DNA of 64,000 bases. Origin: Centroscyllium fabricii. Its lineage: Eukaryota. Positions 49,791-60,458 of this stretch are shown piece by piece. Under the pieces are notes generated by a model. It was not told where the DNA came from. It was given only the letters and a program-made list of their open reading frames with translations, and searched no databases. The stretch lies in the NCBI GenBank assembly GCA_051313645.2, contig JBNRSN020000015.1:44640001-44704000 (forward strand), in the 5' to 3' direction. Position numbers and translations under genes: made by a program. How positions within the stretch are numbered: position 1 is the first letter of the stretch; the number at the start of each line of letters is the position of its first letter.

Positions 49791-50185
49791 TTTATTGGGA
49801 AGATGGGAACAGAGGCTTAATTTCTATTCTTTCACCCTGTGACTGGAACTTGCGCCAACCCAGCCTCAGTCTGATGCAAATTAAAACCCGAGTGTACCCA
49901 GATCCCAAGAGCGAACAGTACGAGACTTACCCTACCAGTCTGTACAGCTGGTTCCAGTTTGGCACCAAGTCTCAAGCCAGGAGGGTAAGCAGTAGTTTGG
50001 CCAGCAGGTGGTGCTGTTCTGAAAGTGGAAGATCAGCATTGCTGCTGGATCATCAGACATTGCACCTGAAGTTGAATATTCTTATTTTCTAGCATGCGAA
50101 TGGCCTCACTTTTGGGAGCATATTTACCAACTTGGTACTTGTTCATGATTTAAATGCTGACATTGTTTTGTAAATGTTTCCACAG

Positions 50186-50738
50186 GACAGAATCCTCAGC
50201 GAAGCCAGTCACATGACTCAATGAATTCTCCAGACCACCGCGATTCCCCATTGCCACGGAGAGGGCCATCGCCAGCTGAAAATGCAATAGCACCTCCCAG
50301 GAGGGATAAGTTACCACCTTCCTTCCAGATGCCAGGTCGGCCTCCATATGGTGAAATTCCACATGGGATTCCACCCCCAGGCCTTCTGCCCCCTCCTATG
50401 CCACTTCCTCTCAACTCTGGGTACGGACCACCACTTCAGATGCAGCCAGGACCCTTGCCCCCACCAGGTGCATTCTTAGCCCGACCTGGCCCTCCAGGAT
50501 CTATTGTACCCCCGTTGCCACCAGGACTCCCTCCCCACTTAGTAGTGCCTCCTCCAGGTGCTGTTCCACCTGCACCTCACATCAATCCTGCCTTCTTTAT
50601 ACCACCAAATGCCGGCTTGCCTCCACCAGTTGATAACAGAGGACTCCCACCACCACCACCACCACCACCACCACCATCGGATGCCTACGGTAGGCCGCCA
50701 CCACCTCAGTACAACAGAGAGGAATTCAAACGTGGAAG
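50186..50738 (+). CDS. CPSF7: CPSF7-like coding exon D (proline-rich region)
   Basis: ccacag|GA CAG AAT ... GGA AG|gtaggt, 553 nt, in frame with exons C and E. Contains LPPHLVVPPPGAVPPAPHINPAFF (CPSF7 has [24 protein letters not shown]). Confidence 0.93.
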
Positions 50739-50741
50739 GTA

Positions 50742-51038
50742 GGTGAACCTGTGGAATTCTCTACCACAGAAGACAATTGAGGCCAATTCATTAAATATAT
50801 TCAAGAAGGAGTTAGATATATTTCTTAAGGCTAAAGGGATATGGGGACAAGGCAGGGACAGGGTACTGAATTTGGATGATCATTGAATGGGGGAGCAGGC
50901 TCGATAGGGATCGAGGGATATGGGGACAAGGCAGGGACATGGTACTGAATTTGGATGATCAGCCATGATCTCATTGAATGGTGGAGCAGGCTCGAGGGGC
51001 CGAATGGCCTACTCCTGCTCCTACCTTCTATGTTTCTA
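50742..51038 (+). mobile_element. CR1 3' fragment / SINE-tail chimera inserted in the exon D splice donor
   Basis: ggtgaacctgtggaattctctaccacaga...ctatgtttcta; flanked by GTA at 50739-50741 and 51039-51041. Confidence 0.88.
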
Positions 51039-51493
51039 GTAAGGCCTGTCCAGCTGAGCTGCATGATCTTATGATTTTAGCTACTTTTCTAGCTCAGTGG
51101 TTAAATGGGTAGACTGAGAAAACCTGAGGTTTGCGCTCTCTGCTATGCTGATTTACTCGATCACTACAATTGGGATTGAGGGGGATGATCAGCGAGTGTT
51201 CTGATCTCTATCCAGTGACACTTACTGGCTCGTTTAGATGTTGGATGAGGACAGGATTGGGCTCGGCCGTGGCACAATATGAGCTTTCCTGGGGAGTAAG
51301 TTGCAAGACTAATTTTGGGGGTTGATGAGGTTTAGAGTCAGTCATTAAGTTATACAGCACAGAAAGAGGCTCTTTTCTGTACAACACATACAATTTCTCA
51401 TTTCTTATGGTATGAAATATCTATACAGGACACTGAAAATTACGGCTCCCACATGTAACTGCAAGATTCTGTTTCACGGTGAGATGCAGAAAA

Positions 51494-51798
51494 CGGCACG
51501 GTGGCATAGTGGTTAGCACTGTTGCCTCACAGCACTGGAGACCCGGGTTCAAATCCAGCCTCGGGTACTATCTGTGTGGAGTTTGCACATTCTCCCCATG
51601 TCTGTGTGGGTTTCCTCCGGGTGCTCCGGTTTCCTCCCACAGTCCAAAGATGTGCGGGTTAGGTTGATTGGCCAGGATAAATTGACCCTTAGTGTTAGGG
51701 GGATTGAATAGGTGGGGTTACGGGGATAGGGTGGGATATGTGTCGGTGCAGGCTCGATGGGCCGAAATGGCCTCTATCTGCACTGTAGGGATTCTATG
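51494..51798 (+). mobile_element. HE1-like V-SINE, short-tail variant
   Basis: Same head and V-domain; ends gcaggctcgatgggccgaaatggcctctatctgcactgtagggattctatga. Confidence 0.88.
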
Positions 51799-52808
51799 AA
51801 AACTGTGGGTGATTGGGGCTGAATAATTATAGCAGTAATCAGTTAATAAGTTCATTACTCAAAACCACGGGAATTAAGCCATTAATGTTTTTAATATAAT
51901 CTATCTAATATCTAGCAGATTTCCCATGGCTTTGCTCATGTAATTCAGAGGATGCGTTGTTTTATATAGACAGGAACATTAAACCATGTTATGTGCAATG
52001 TAATGCTCTGTTATTAAGGGAGATCTGTGGGTAATTTGGCTTGTCCCTTCAAGGTCACATGGCCATATTGCTGTAAATAGGCACATGCTGAGGTCATATT
52101 TGCTGTTAGACACATTTTGAAGTCAATTAAAGACGATTGTTGTTGTTGCAGGGAGAGTTTATCTGAAACTAGCAAGAAATGAGTGAGCTTTCTTGTTTTT
52201 TTTACTTTCATTAAGTGTGACGCTGTAATGTTCATGTGATACCCGGAGTGGGAGGGTTGTGCTGGTCTCCTGAGGCATTGCTCACATGTAACCTGGGATT
52301 TGGCGAATATTTGTAATTTTTTAGATACCAACCTGCCCTCTTAAAAATGGTCTAAATAGGCAACTCATGGTTAATTAGAGGCCAATTGATGATGCTGTTG
52401 GAAGTTTCTCTAGATTGGCAGTTGTTTGGGGAGGGATAAGGTTATCTCAAGATCAGAAAAAGCCGCAGGAAATGAAGGGCTTTCTTTTTCTTTGTATGTG
52501 TGTACTTTTTAAGATTGTTCTGTTGTTATTTATGGTACTTCATGTCTGAGGTGATTGATGACTGTTTTATTTTGATTTATATGTTAATAAAGTCTGTCTG
52601 AAGTGTGACAGACACACTGGACAACGCATTATGGAATGTTGCAGCACATAAACAGGTGATTTGGTCCAACAAGCTCCATGCTGTAGTCTGGAGTGATGAG
52701 CCTCGGGCCTGAGCCTGCAATTCTTCCACACAGTCAGCTCCTGATTTTAGTCATACCACTGTGGAGTCCAAATGTTCTGCAAGGAGCGGAGAATAAAACA
52801 ATAGGACC

Positions 52809-53176
52809 AGTGGTTAGCATTGTTGCCTCACAGCACTGGAGTCCCGGGTTCAAATCCGGCCTCGGGTACTATCTGTGTGGAGTTTGCACATTCTCCCCGT
52901 GTCTGCGTGGGTTTCCTCCGGGTGCTCCGGTTTCCTCCCACAGTCCAAAGATGCGCGGGTTAGGTTGATTGGCCATGATAAATTGACCCTTAGTGTTAGG
53001 GGGATTGAATATATGGGGATAGGGTGGGATATGTGTTGATGCAGGCTCGATAGGGATATGGGGAGAGGGCAGGGGCGGGGTACTGGGTTTGGATGATCAG
53101 CCATGATCTCATTGAATGGCGGAGCAGGCTCGAAGGGCCGAATGGCCTACTCCTGCTCCTAGTTTCTATGTTTCTA
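52809..53176 (+). mobile_element. HE1-like V-SINE, long CR1-tail variant (3' fragment of the same type on - at 42247-42412)
   Basis: V-domain plus tail ggatgatcagccatgatctcattgaatggcggagcaggctcgaagggccgaatggcctactcctgctcc. Confidence 0.88.
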
Positions 53177-53575
53177 TAATTCTATCAAATATTTGATGCT
53201 TTCACCTGCTGTGTTGGAGGCTGGGATAACATTCCCTCCTAATAGAATTTCCTCACTTTCTTTTGCTGGACAGCAAGAAAAGAGAGGGATCAGCTTTGAT
53301 CTCCGCTGTGTTAACATCCTACAGCTAGCCAGACAAGCTATGAATGGATACCCAGAGGCACATGGAGCACCAAGTCTGCCAAGTGATTTTCTTAAGTACA
53401 CTGAAGAACTAGGCCATTGATGACCTAGTATGCATTTTCTGCCCCTATTATCAGTGAAACGTTCTGAGTTACCACTAGTTATCTTTGCGGACATCACGTT
53501 TGTGCAGCATGATGTCTGAAGCGATTGCTGACTGTTTTATTTTGATTTATGAGAATCCATGTCCTTTCCTTGCAG

Positions 53576-53691
53576 AGATCCTGACCCCAGCAGTCCTCCT
53601 CTGAACGAGGCAGAGTTTGAAGAGATGATGAACAAGAACCGAGCGATCTCTAGCAGTGCCATCTCCAAAGCTGTGTCTGGAGCCAGCACAG
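53576..53691 (+). CDS. CPSF7: CPSF7-like coding exon E
   Basis: ttgcag|A GAT CCT ... ACA G|gttagt, 116 nt. [38 protein letters not shown]; ISKAVSGAS is CPSF7-type (CPSF6 has ISRAVSDAS). Not in the ORF track. Confidence 0.95.
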
Positions 53692-54868
53692 GTTAGTGAT
53701 TCAGCAGGATGCAGGTCTTTCCACCCAATCGCTGCGCATTGAATAACTTGTTAGCTACAAAACTGTACTCATCTACGAGGAGTTCAGAGTAGAGGTATCA
53801 GTAAAACTCCCTCTCTCCCTCCGCTCTCACCCTGCCCGTCTCAGGTGGTGATCCATGCAGAGATATGATTCCTTGGGCACTTTGCAGAACTCCAGTAGGA
53901 GACATTGTGATGAGCCTTGATTTCAACACAGTGTCGATGTAAAGAGGAGGTAGTGTGTGTAGGATAGGGTATCTGGAGCTTAGGAAGAACAAGAAAGGAA
54001 AGTTTGGAGGAATAATATTGATGAAAGCTGCCCAGTGCATGTCCGCACCATACCCACGCTTACTGAGGTCTTATATGTACAAAGTCTGCTGGCAAGTTCC
54101 ATGTGCAGTGCAAATGAGGACAGAGTATGTGGTTATGTTTTGTCAGTTTGTGAATAAGCCCAGTTGGAACAAGTACCAAGAGCTCGTTTCAGCTTCTGAA
54201 AGAAAATGGGTAGGTTAACATAGAGATGTCCAAGTCTTTGTCTTTATGGACTGCATAGGTGTGTACCATAGAGCTTTGAGGACACACATACAAAAACAAC
54301 AATGCACATTTATATAGCGACTTTATGATAAGACAATGTCCCAAGGCACTTCACAGTGGCAAAACTTAAAAATAGACACAGAGCCAAAGAAGGAGAAATT
54401 AGGAGAGATGACCATAAGCTTGACCAAAGAGATGGGTTTTATAGGAGGGTCTTAATGAAGAGGAGCCAGAATGGTTTAGAGAGGGTATTTGAGAGTCCAG
54501 GCAGCTGAAGGCACAGCCACCAATGATGCAGCGAAGGGGGATGCACAGGAGCCTGAGCCAGAGGGGTGTGTGGTGGCGGGGGGGTGGGGGGGGGAGGTGG
54601 TGGTGGTTGTAGGCTGAAGGAAGTTACAGAGATAGCGAGGGTGAGGCCAAGGAGGGATTTAACAACAAGCATGGGAATTTTGAATTGGAGGTGTTGGGGG
54701 ACCGGGAGGCAATGTAGGTCAGTTAGGACAGGACGATGGTGGTAGGATATTGACAGTAGAGCTTTGGATTATAGAAGGTGAAATATGGGAGGTTACCCAG
54801 GAGAGCATTGGAATAATTGAATCTGAATGTGACAAAGGCAAGAATGAAGGTTGCAGCAGAAGATGGCT

Positions 54869-55440
54869 TGAGACCACATCTTGAGTATTGTGTGCAGTTT
54901 TGGTCACTTTATCTAAGGAAGGATGTTCTTGCCATGGAAGGAGTGCAGCGAAGATTCACCAGGCTGATACCTGGGATGGCAGGAATGACGTATGAGAAGA
55001 GATTGAGTTGATTGGGTTTGTACTTGCTGGAGTTTAGAAGAATAAGAGTGGATCTCATTGAAACTTATAAAATTCTAACAGGACTGGACAGACTTGATGC
55101 AGGAAGGATGTTCCTGATGGTCAGGGAGTCCAGAACCAGGGGTCACAGTCTAAGGATAAGGGGTAAGCCATTTAGGACAGAGATGAGGAGGAATTTCTTC
55201 ACCCAGAGAGTGGTGAACCTGTGGATTTCTCTACCACAGAAGGCAGTAGAGGTCAATTCATTAAATATATTCAAGAAGGAGTTGGATATATTTCTTAAGG
55301 CTAAAGGGATCAAGGGATATGGGGAGAAAGCAGGGACAGGGTACTGAATTTGGATGATTAGCCATGATCTCATTGAATGGCATGCAGGCTTGATGGGCCA
55401 AATGGCCTACTCCTGCTCCTATCTTCTATGTTTCTATGTT
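54869..55440 (+). mobile_element. Young CR1 3' fragment inserted in an L2 fragment (L2 about 54290-55990, - strand)
   Basis: RPHLEYCVQFWSLYLRKDV...RRNFFTQRVVNLW plus 3' end; flanking minus-strand L2 RT remnant ([16 protein letters not shown]). Confidence 0.88.
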
Positions 55441-56283
55441 AAGAGGTGGAAGCAGGTGGTCTTTGTGATGGACAGGATATGGGGTCAAAATTTGAGCTCC
55501 ACTTTGAACAGGATGGCAAAGTTGTGAACAGTTTGGTTCTGCCTGAAACAGTGGCTAAGGAGAGGGATGCAATTGCTTTTGAGGTTACAGAGTTTGTAGC
55601 AGGGGGCTGGAAACGATGGCTTCAGTCTTCCCAGTGTTTAGCTGAAGGAAAATACGGCTTGTCCAAGACTTGATGTCGGACAAGCAGCCTGACAGCATAG
55701 AGGAAGGGTTGAGAGAGGTGGTGAGGGGTAGAGCTGGGTATCAACAGCATATACGTGGAAGTTGACCCCATGTCTATAGATAATTTTGCCGAGGGGCAGC
55801 AGGTAGATGAGGAAGAAGAGGGACCAAGGATGGGTCATTGGGGGACCCCAGGGGTGATGGTGCACAGGCAGGAAGAGAAACCATTGCTAGAGATGCTGTG
55901 ACTGTGATTAGATAAGGAACAGTGGAACCAAATGAAGGCAGTCCCACTGTGCTGGACAGTAGAGGTGAAACATTGAATGAGGATGGTCTGTGTTCTAATT
56001 AATTTACATATATCTCAACTTACTTCCAGACCTTGGTGTTCTGGTTTACGATTTAACCACAAATGAGGCAACAATGCTAAGAATAGCCCTTTCAAACTTC
56101 CAGAACCAAAACATTTAAATAGAAAAAATCAGGAAATAATTTGTACTGCCAGGGCTCAGGGGCCACATCTGGCCCACAGACTGCAATTTGGATCCCTCCA
56201 GGTTAATACTTTAGATGCACCAATTTGTGCATTGGTGTAAAGTTCTGAAGTGGGCTCAGTTTTTCAACCTTTGTGTTATACAG

Positions 56284-56437
56284 GGGACTATGGGAATGCG
56301 ATCGAGACGTTGCTTACGGCCATCGCCCTGATTAGACAGTCGAAGGTCGCTGCAGATGACCGCTGCAAGGTTCTAGTCAGCTCCCTGCAGGATTGCCTCC
56401 ACGGGATTGAGTCCAAGTCATATGGGTCAGGATCCAG
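56284..56437 (+). CDS. CPSF7: CPSF7-like coding exon F
   Basis: tacag|GG GAC TAT ... TCC AG|gtaagc, 154 nt. [51 protein letters not shown]. Confidence 0.96.
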
Positions 56438-57854
56438 GTAAGCAGATAAAAAGAATCACCTCAGTTGTCTGAGGTTGAAACTGCTATCGCTTGTGGAAGT
56501 GTGCAGATATGTATGATGGCACCCATATGGGCAGGAAGATTGCTGCTATCTTTGTCCAGCAAAACACTTAACAATCTCGTACGTCACAAGCTTGTATTGG
56601 CAGGGTTATTGTCTCTGACTGAGATCAGCTAACTCAGCACAGACCAGGGTTCAAACCTGAAATATTTCTGTTTTATACTGCTTTAATCAGTTGGGGGGAC
56701 AGAGAGAATATTTCCAGTAGCTTGCACATCTAATAATATGAAAAAAAGATTAAAACATCTAAGTGATATTTGTAACTGCAGTCTCTTCAATTTCTCCCTT
56801 TCGCAAGCATACACGTGCTGTTTTAGTTTGCCACTCTCAGCAGGCTGGTATTAGCAAGTGGTCCAATACGGAATCTGTCAGATCAACATGCTTTTGAGCA
56901 GATATCTATTAGATAGATGTTTTCCCCCAAAATGGGTGGAGGGTAATTGCTCTCTGATGACTCAATGGGTAAAAGCATCGGCTATAAGGTATTAATGAGT
57001 CACACAGACCAGAATGTCCAAAGTTCAGTCCCCCGTCAATCCGAATTAGCTGGTTGGGGCGGTACGATTGAGCTAGGGAGAAGAACATTTATCCAGGGTT
57101 CCTGCTTCTGATCACTTTTCAGTGACCTCTGCTAGAAAGTACACATCAGGTGACAAGACCATTGGGCTCCACACACTCCACAATTGAATAGCTCGTTGAC
57201 ATTCATTGTCTACTTTCAAGCATGAAGAGTGACTGCTTGGTTGAGGTAACTGGAGGGCTGTGGTACTGTATCCCAGCAACAATCACTGCCTTCTGGAGAG
57301 GAATGGGAAAAGGAAGAAATGAAAAATGTTTATTTATCAGGGGGAAGTACATTACAACAAAAGGATTAATTACATAGTATTAGATAGTATTTACAGGACA
57401 GAAACAGGCTATTCGGCCCAGCAGGTCCATGCCAGTGTTTATGTTACACATAAGCCTCCTCCCACCCTTCTTCATCTAACCCCATCAACATATTCTTCTA
57501 TTCCTTTTTGCCTCATGTGTTTATCTAGCTTCCACTTAAATGCATATACATCGCCTCAACTACTCCTTGTGGCATCACAACAGAAAACGCTGGAAAAACT
57601 CAGCAGGCCAGGCAGCATCGGTGGAGAGAGAAACAGAGTTAACGTTTCAGGTCGAAGACCTTTAGTCAGAACTGGAAAAAAACAGGAGGGGATAGATTTT
57701 AAAGCAAGCGGGGGCTGGGGAAAGAGGATTGGGGGTGGGGGGGGGAGGCGGTGAAAGAACAAAAGGGAAAATCAGCGACGGGATAGAAAGCAGGAGAGAT
57801 TAAGAGACATTGAGCGACTTTAAGAGGTCTTCAAGAAATACAGGATGGCTCTGG

Positions 57855-58880
57855 ATGAAGTGTGTCGCTACTTTTAGTGATTTGTGTATCTGTACCCCCA
57901 GATCTCTCTGCTCCTCTACCCCATTTGGACACTTATTTTCCAACAAGTATGTGGCCTCCTTATTCCTCCTCCTAAAATGTACCACCTCACACTCTCTATA
58001 TTGAAGTTCATTTGCCAATTACATAAGTTTATTAATGCCTTCCTGTATTTTGTCACAGTCCTCCTGTATTATCTACACCCCCCAATTTGGTGTTGTCTGC
58101 AAATTTTGAAATTGTACTTTCAAATCCGAATCATTTATTTAAATAGTGAACAATAGTGGTCCCAGCACTGATCCTTATGGAACACCACTTCCCACCTTTT
58201 GCCAGTCTGAGTAACTACCTTTAACCCCGACTCTCTGTTTTCTGTTTAGTAGCCAGCTTGCCATTTATTCTACTACTTGTCCCCTGACACCACATGTTCT
58301 GATCATAATTAGGAGTCTACTATGTGTTACCTTATCAAAGGCCTTTTGGAAATCGAAATATGTTACGTCTACCACATTGTCCTTATCTACCCTTTCTGTT
58401 ACTTCTTCAAAGAATTCAGTAAGGTTGGTCAAGCACGACCTTCCCTTTTGAAATCCATGTTGACTACTCTTTATTATATTTTCAGTTTCTAGCTGTTTTT
58501 CTATTACATCTTTGAGTTAGGATTCCATTATCTTTCCCACCACCGACGTTAAGCTAACAGGTCTATATTTCCCTAAACTTGTTCCATTTCCCTTTTTAAA
58601 TATAGGATTCACATTAGCTGTCCACCAGTCCTCTGGTACTATTCCCTTTTCAAATGAATTTTTATATATATGTAGTAGTGCCTCTGCTATCTCTTCCCTA
58701 GCTTCTTTTAATATGCATAGATGCAATCAATCCGGGCCAGGATATTTATCCTCTCTAAGTTTTGTTAGTTTATCAATTATCTCCCCCCTTTCTATCTTAA
58801 ATGTCTTTATATCTTTTTCGATATTTTCTTCTAGTGTCATGCTCACCATGTTAGTCTCCCTGGTAAATACAGAGGCAAAA
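57855..58880 (-). mobile_element. CR1 RT fragment
   Basis: LKEAREEIAEAL...GIVPEDWWTANVNPIFKKG...YRPVSLTSVVGKIMES and VEEQRDLGVQIHKSLK. Confidence 0.85.
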
Positions 58881-58998
58881 TAATTATTTAATATTTCTCC
58901 TTGAAGTGTTTAGCACTCCAATACTGAAGGTATATTCAAACATGCATCCTGAATGGTAGTTGCTGAAATAATTGGCTTGATTGCATTTCCATTTGCAG

Positions 58999-59188
58999 AA
59001 AGAGAGATCGATCACGAGACCGAGAGTACAGCCGCTCCCACGACAGGAGCCGCAGGCACAGGGACCGTTCACACAGTGAGGATCGGCATGAAGATTATTA
59101 TCGTGAGAGAAGCAGGGAACGGGATCGACATAGAGACCGGGACCGTGACAGGGAAAGAGATCGGGAGAGGGAGTATAGGCACCGCTAA
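58999..59188 (+). CDS. CPSF7: CPSF7-like last coding exon G (RS/RD/RE domain and stop)
   Basis: ttgcag|A AAG AGA GAT ... CAC CGC TAA (59186-59188). [62 protein letters not shown]. The exon continues 1 nt past the stop to the donor G|gtatgc at 59190. Exons A-G total 1473 nt (491 codons). Confidence 0.95.
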
Positions 59189-59296
59189 GGTATGCTTGGA
59201 AAACAAAGCTTGTTTAAAAGTATTACCTGAAATAAAAACAGAAAATGCTGGAATTACTCAGCAGGTCAGACAGCATCTGTGGCGAGAAACATTTCA

Positions 59297-59328
59297 GTTA
59301 ACATTTCAGGTCGATAACCTTTCATCAG
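59297..59328 (-). ncRNA. Minimal hammerhead ribozyme motif
   Basis: Minus strand CUGAUGA-a-AGGUU-auc-GACCU-GAAA-UGUUAAC. Confidence 0.55.
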
Positions 59329-60092
59329 AACTGGAAAAAGTTAGAGATATAACAGGTTTTAAGCAAGTGCAGAGGCAGGGAAAAGTGGGAGGGGAGGAAG
59401 GAGAGATTAAATGACAAAAGGGATGATGGTGCGAGGCAAAAGGACATGGTACTGGGTCAAGTAAAGAAACAAAAGATGGGTCTAGAAGAGGTGCAAATGG
59501 GAATAACAGAATCATCAACAGCTGCCAGGTGAAAAAATGGGGGCAGAGGTTATGATCTGAAATTGTTGAACTCGTTGTTGTGTCCAGAAGGCTGTAAAGT
59601 GCCTAATCAAAAGATGAGGTGCTGTTCCTCGAGCTTACGCTGAGCTTTGTTGGAACAATGTAAGAAGCCGAGGTCAGAGTGGGAGTGGAGTGGAGAATTC
59701 AAGAGACAGGTCGGCAGAAGCTCGGGGTCACGCTCGTGGACTGAATGGAGGTGTTCCGCAAAGCGATCATCCAATCTGCATTTGGTCTCCCCAGTGTATA
59801 GGAGACTGCATCGTGAGCAGACATTACAGTATAGTAAATTGCAAGACGTAAATCGTTGTTTCACCTGGAAGGAGTGTTTGGGACTCTGGATGGTGGGAAG
59901 GTAAAAAGGCAGATGTTGCATTTCCTGCGTTTGCATGGGACGGTGCCATGGGAAGGGGTGGGGGTGATTGAGGTGTAGACCAGGTTTTCATGGAGGGAAC
60001 GGTCCCTTTGGAATGCTGAAAGGAGAGGGAAAATGTATTTGGTGGTGGGATCACACTGGATGGAGGTGGCAGAAATTCATCGATTCATGGAG

Positions 60093-60458
60093 GATAGGAG
60101 CAGGAGTAGGCCATTCAGCCCCTCGAGCCTGCTCCGCCATTCAATGCGATCATGGCTGATCATCCAAACTCAGTACCCTGTCCCTGCTTTCTCCCCATAT
60201 CCCTTGATCCTTTTAGCCTTAAGAAATATATCTAACTCCTTCTTGAATATATTTAATGAATTGGCCTCTACTGCCTTCTGTGGTAGAGAATTCCACAGGT
60301 TCACCATTCTCTGGGTGAAGAAATTCCTCCTCATCTCTGTCCTAAATGGCTTACCCCTTATCCTTAGATTGTGACCCCTGGTTCTGGACTCCCCGACCAT
60401 CGGGAACATCCTTCCTGCATCTAGTCTGTCCAGTCCTGTTAGAATTTTATAAGTTTCA
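60093..60458 (-). mobile_element. Young CR1 3' fragment nested in Penelope
   Basis: IETYKILTGLDRLDAGRMFPMVGESRTRGHNLRIRGKPFRTEMRRNFF; near-identical to the reverse complement of about 55057-55425. Confidence 0.9.

Noticed and set aside
50558-50746. Poly-His ORF
   Set aside because: Alternative frame of the (CCA)n poly-Pro run in exon D.
58953-59414. 153-aa ORF over the last coding exon
   Set aside because: Wrong frame; the RS-domain frame set by the exon F junction ends at TAA 59188.
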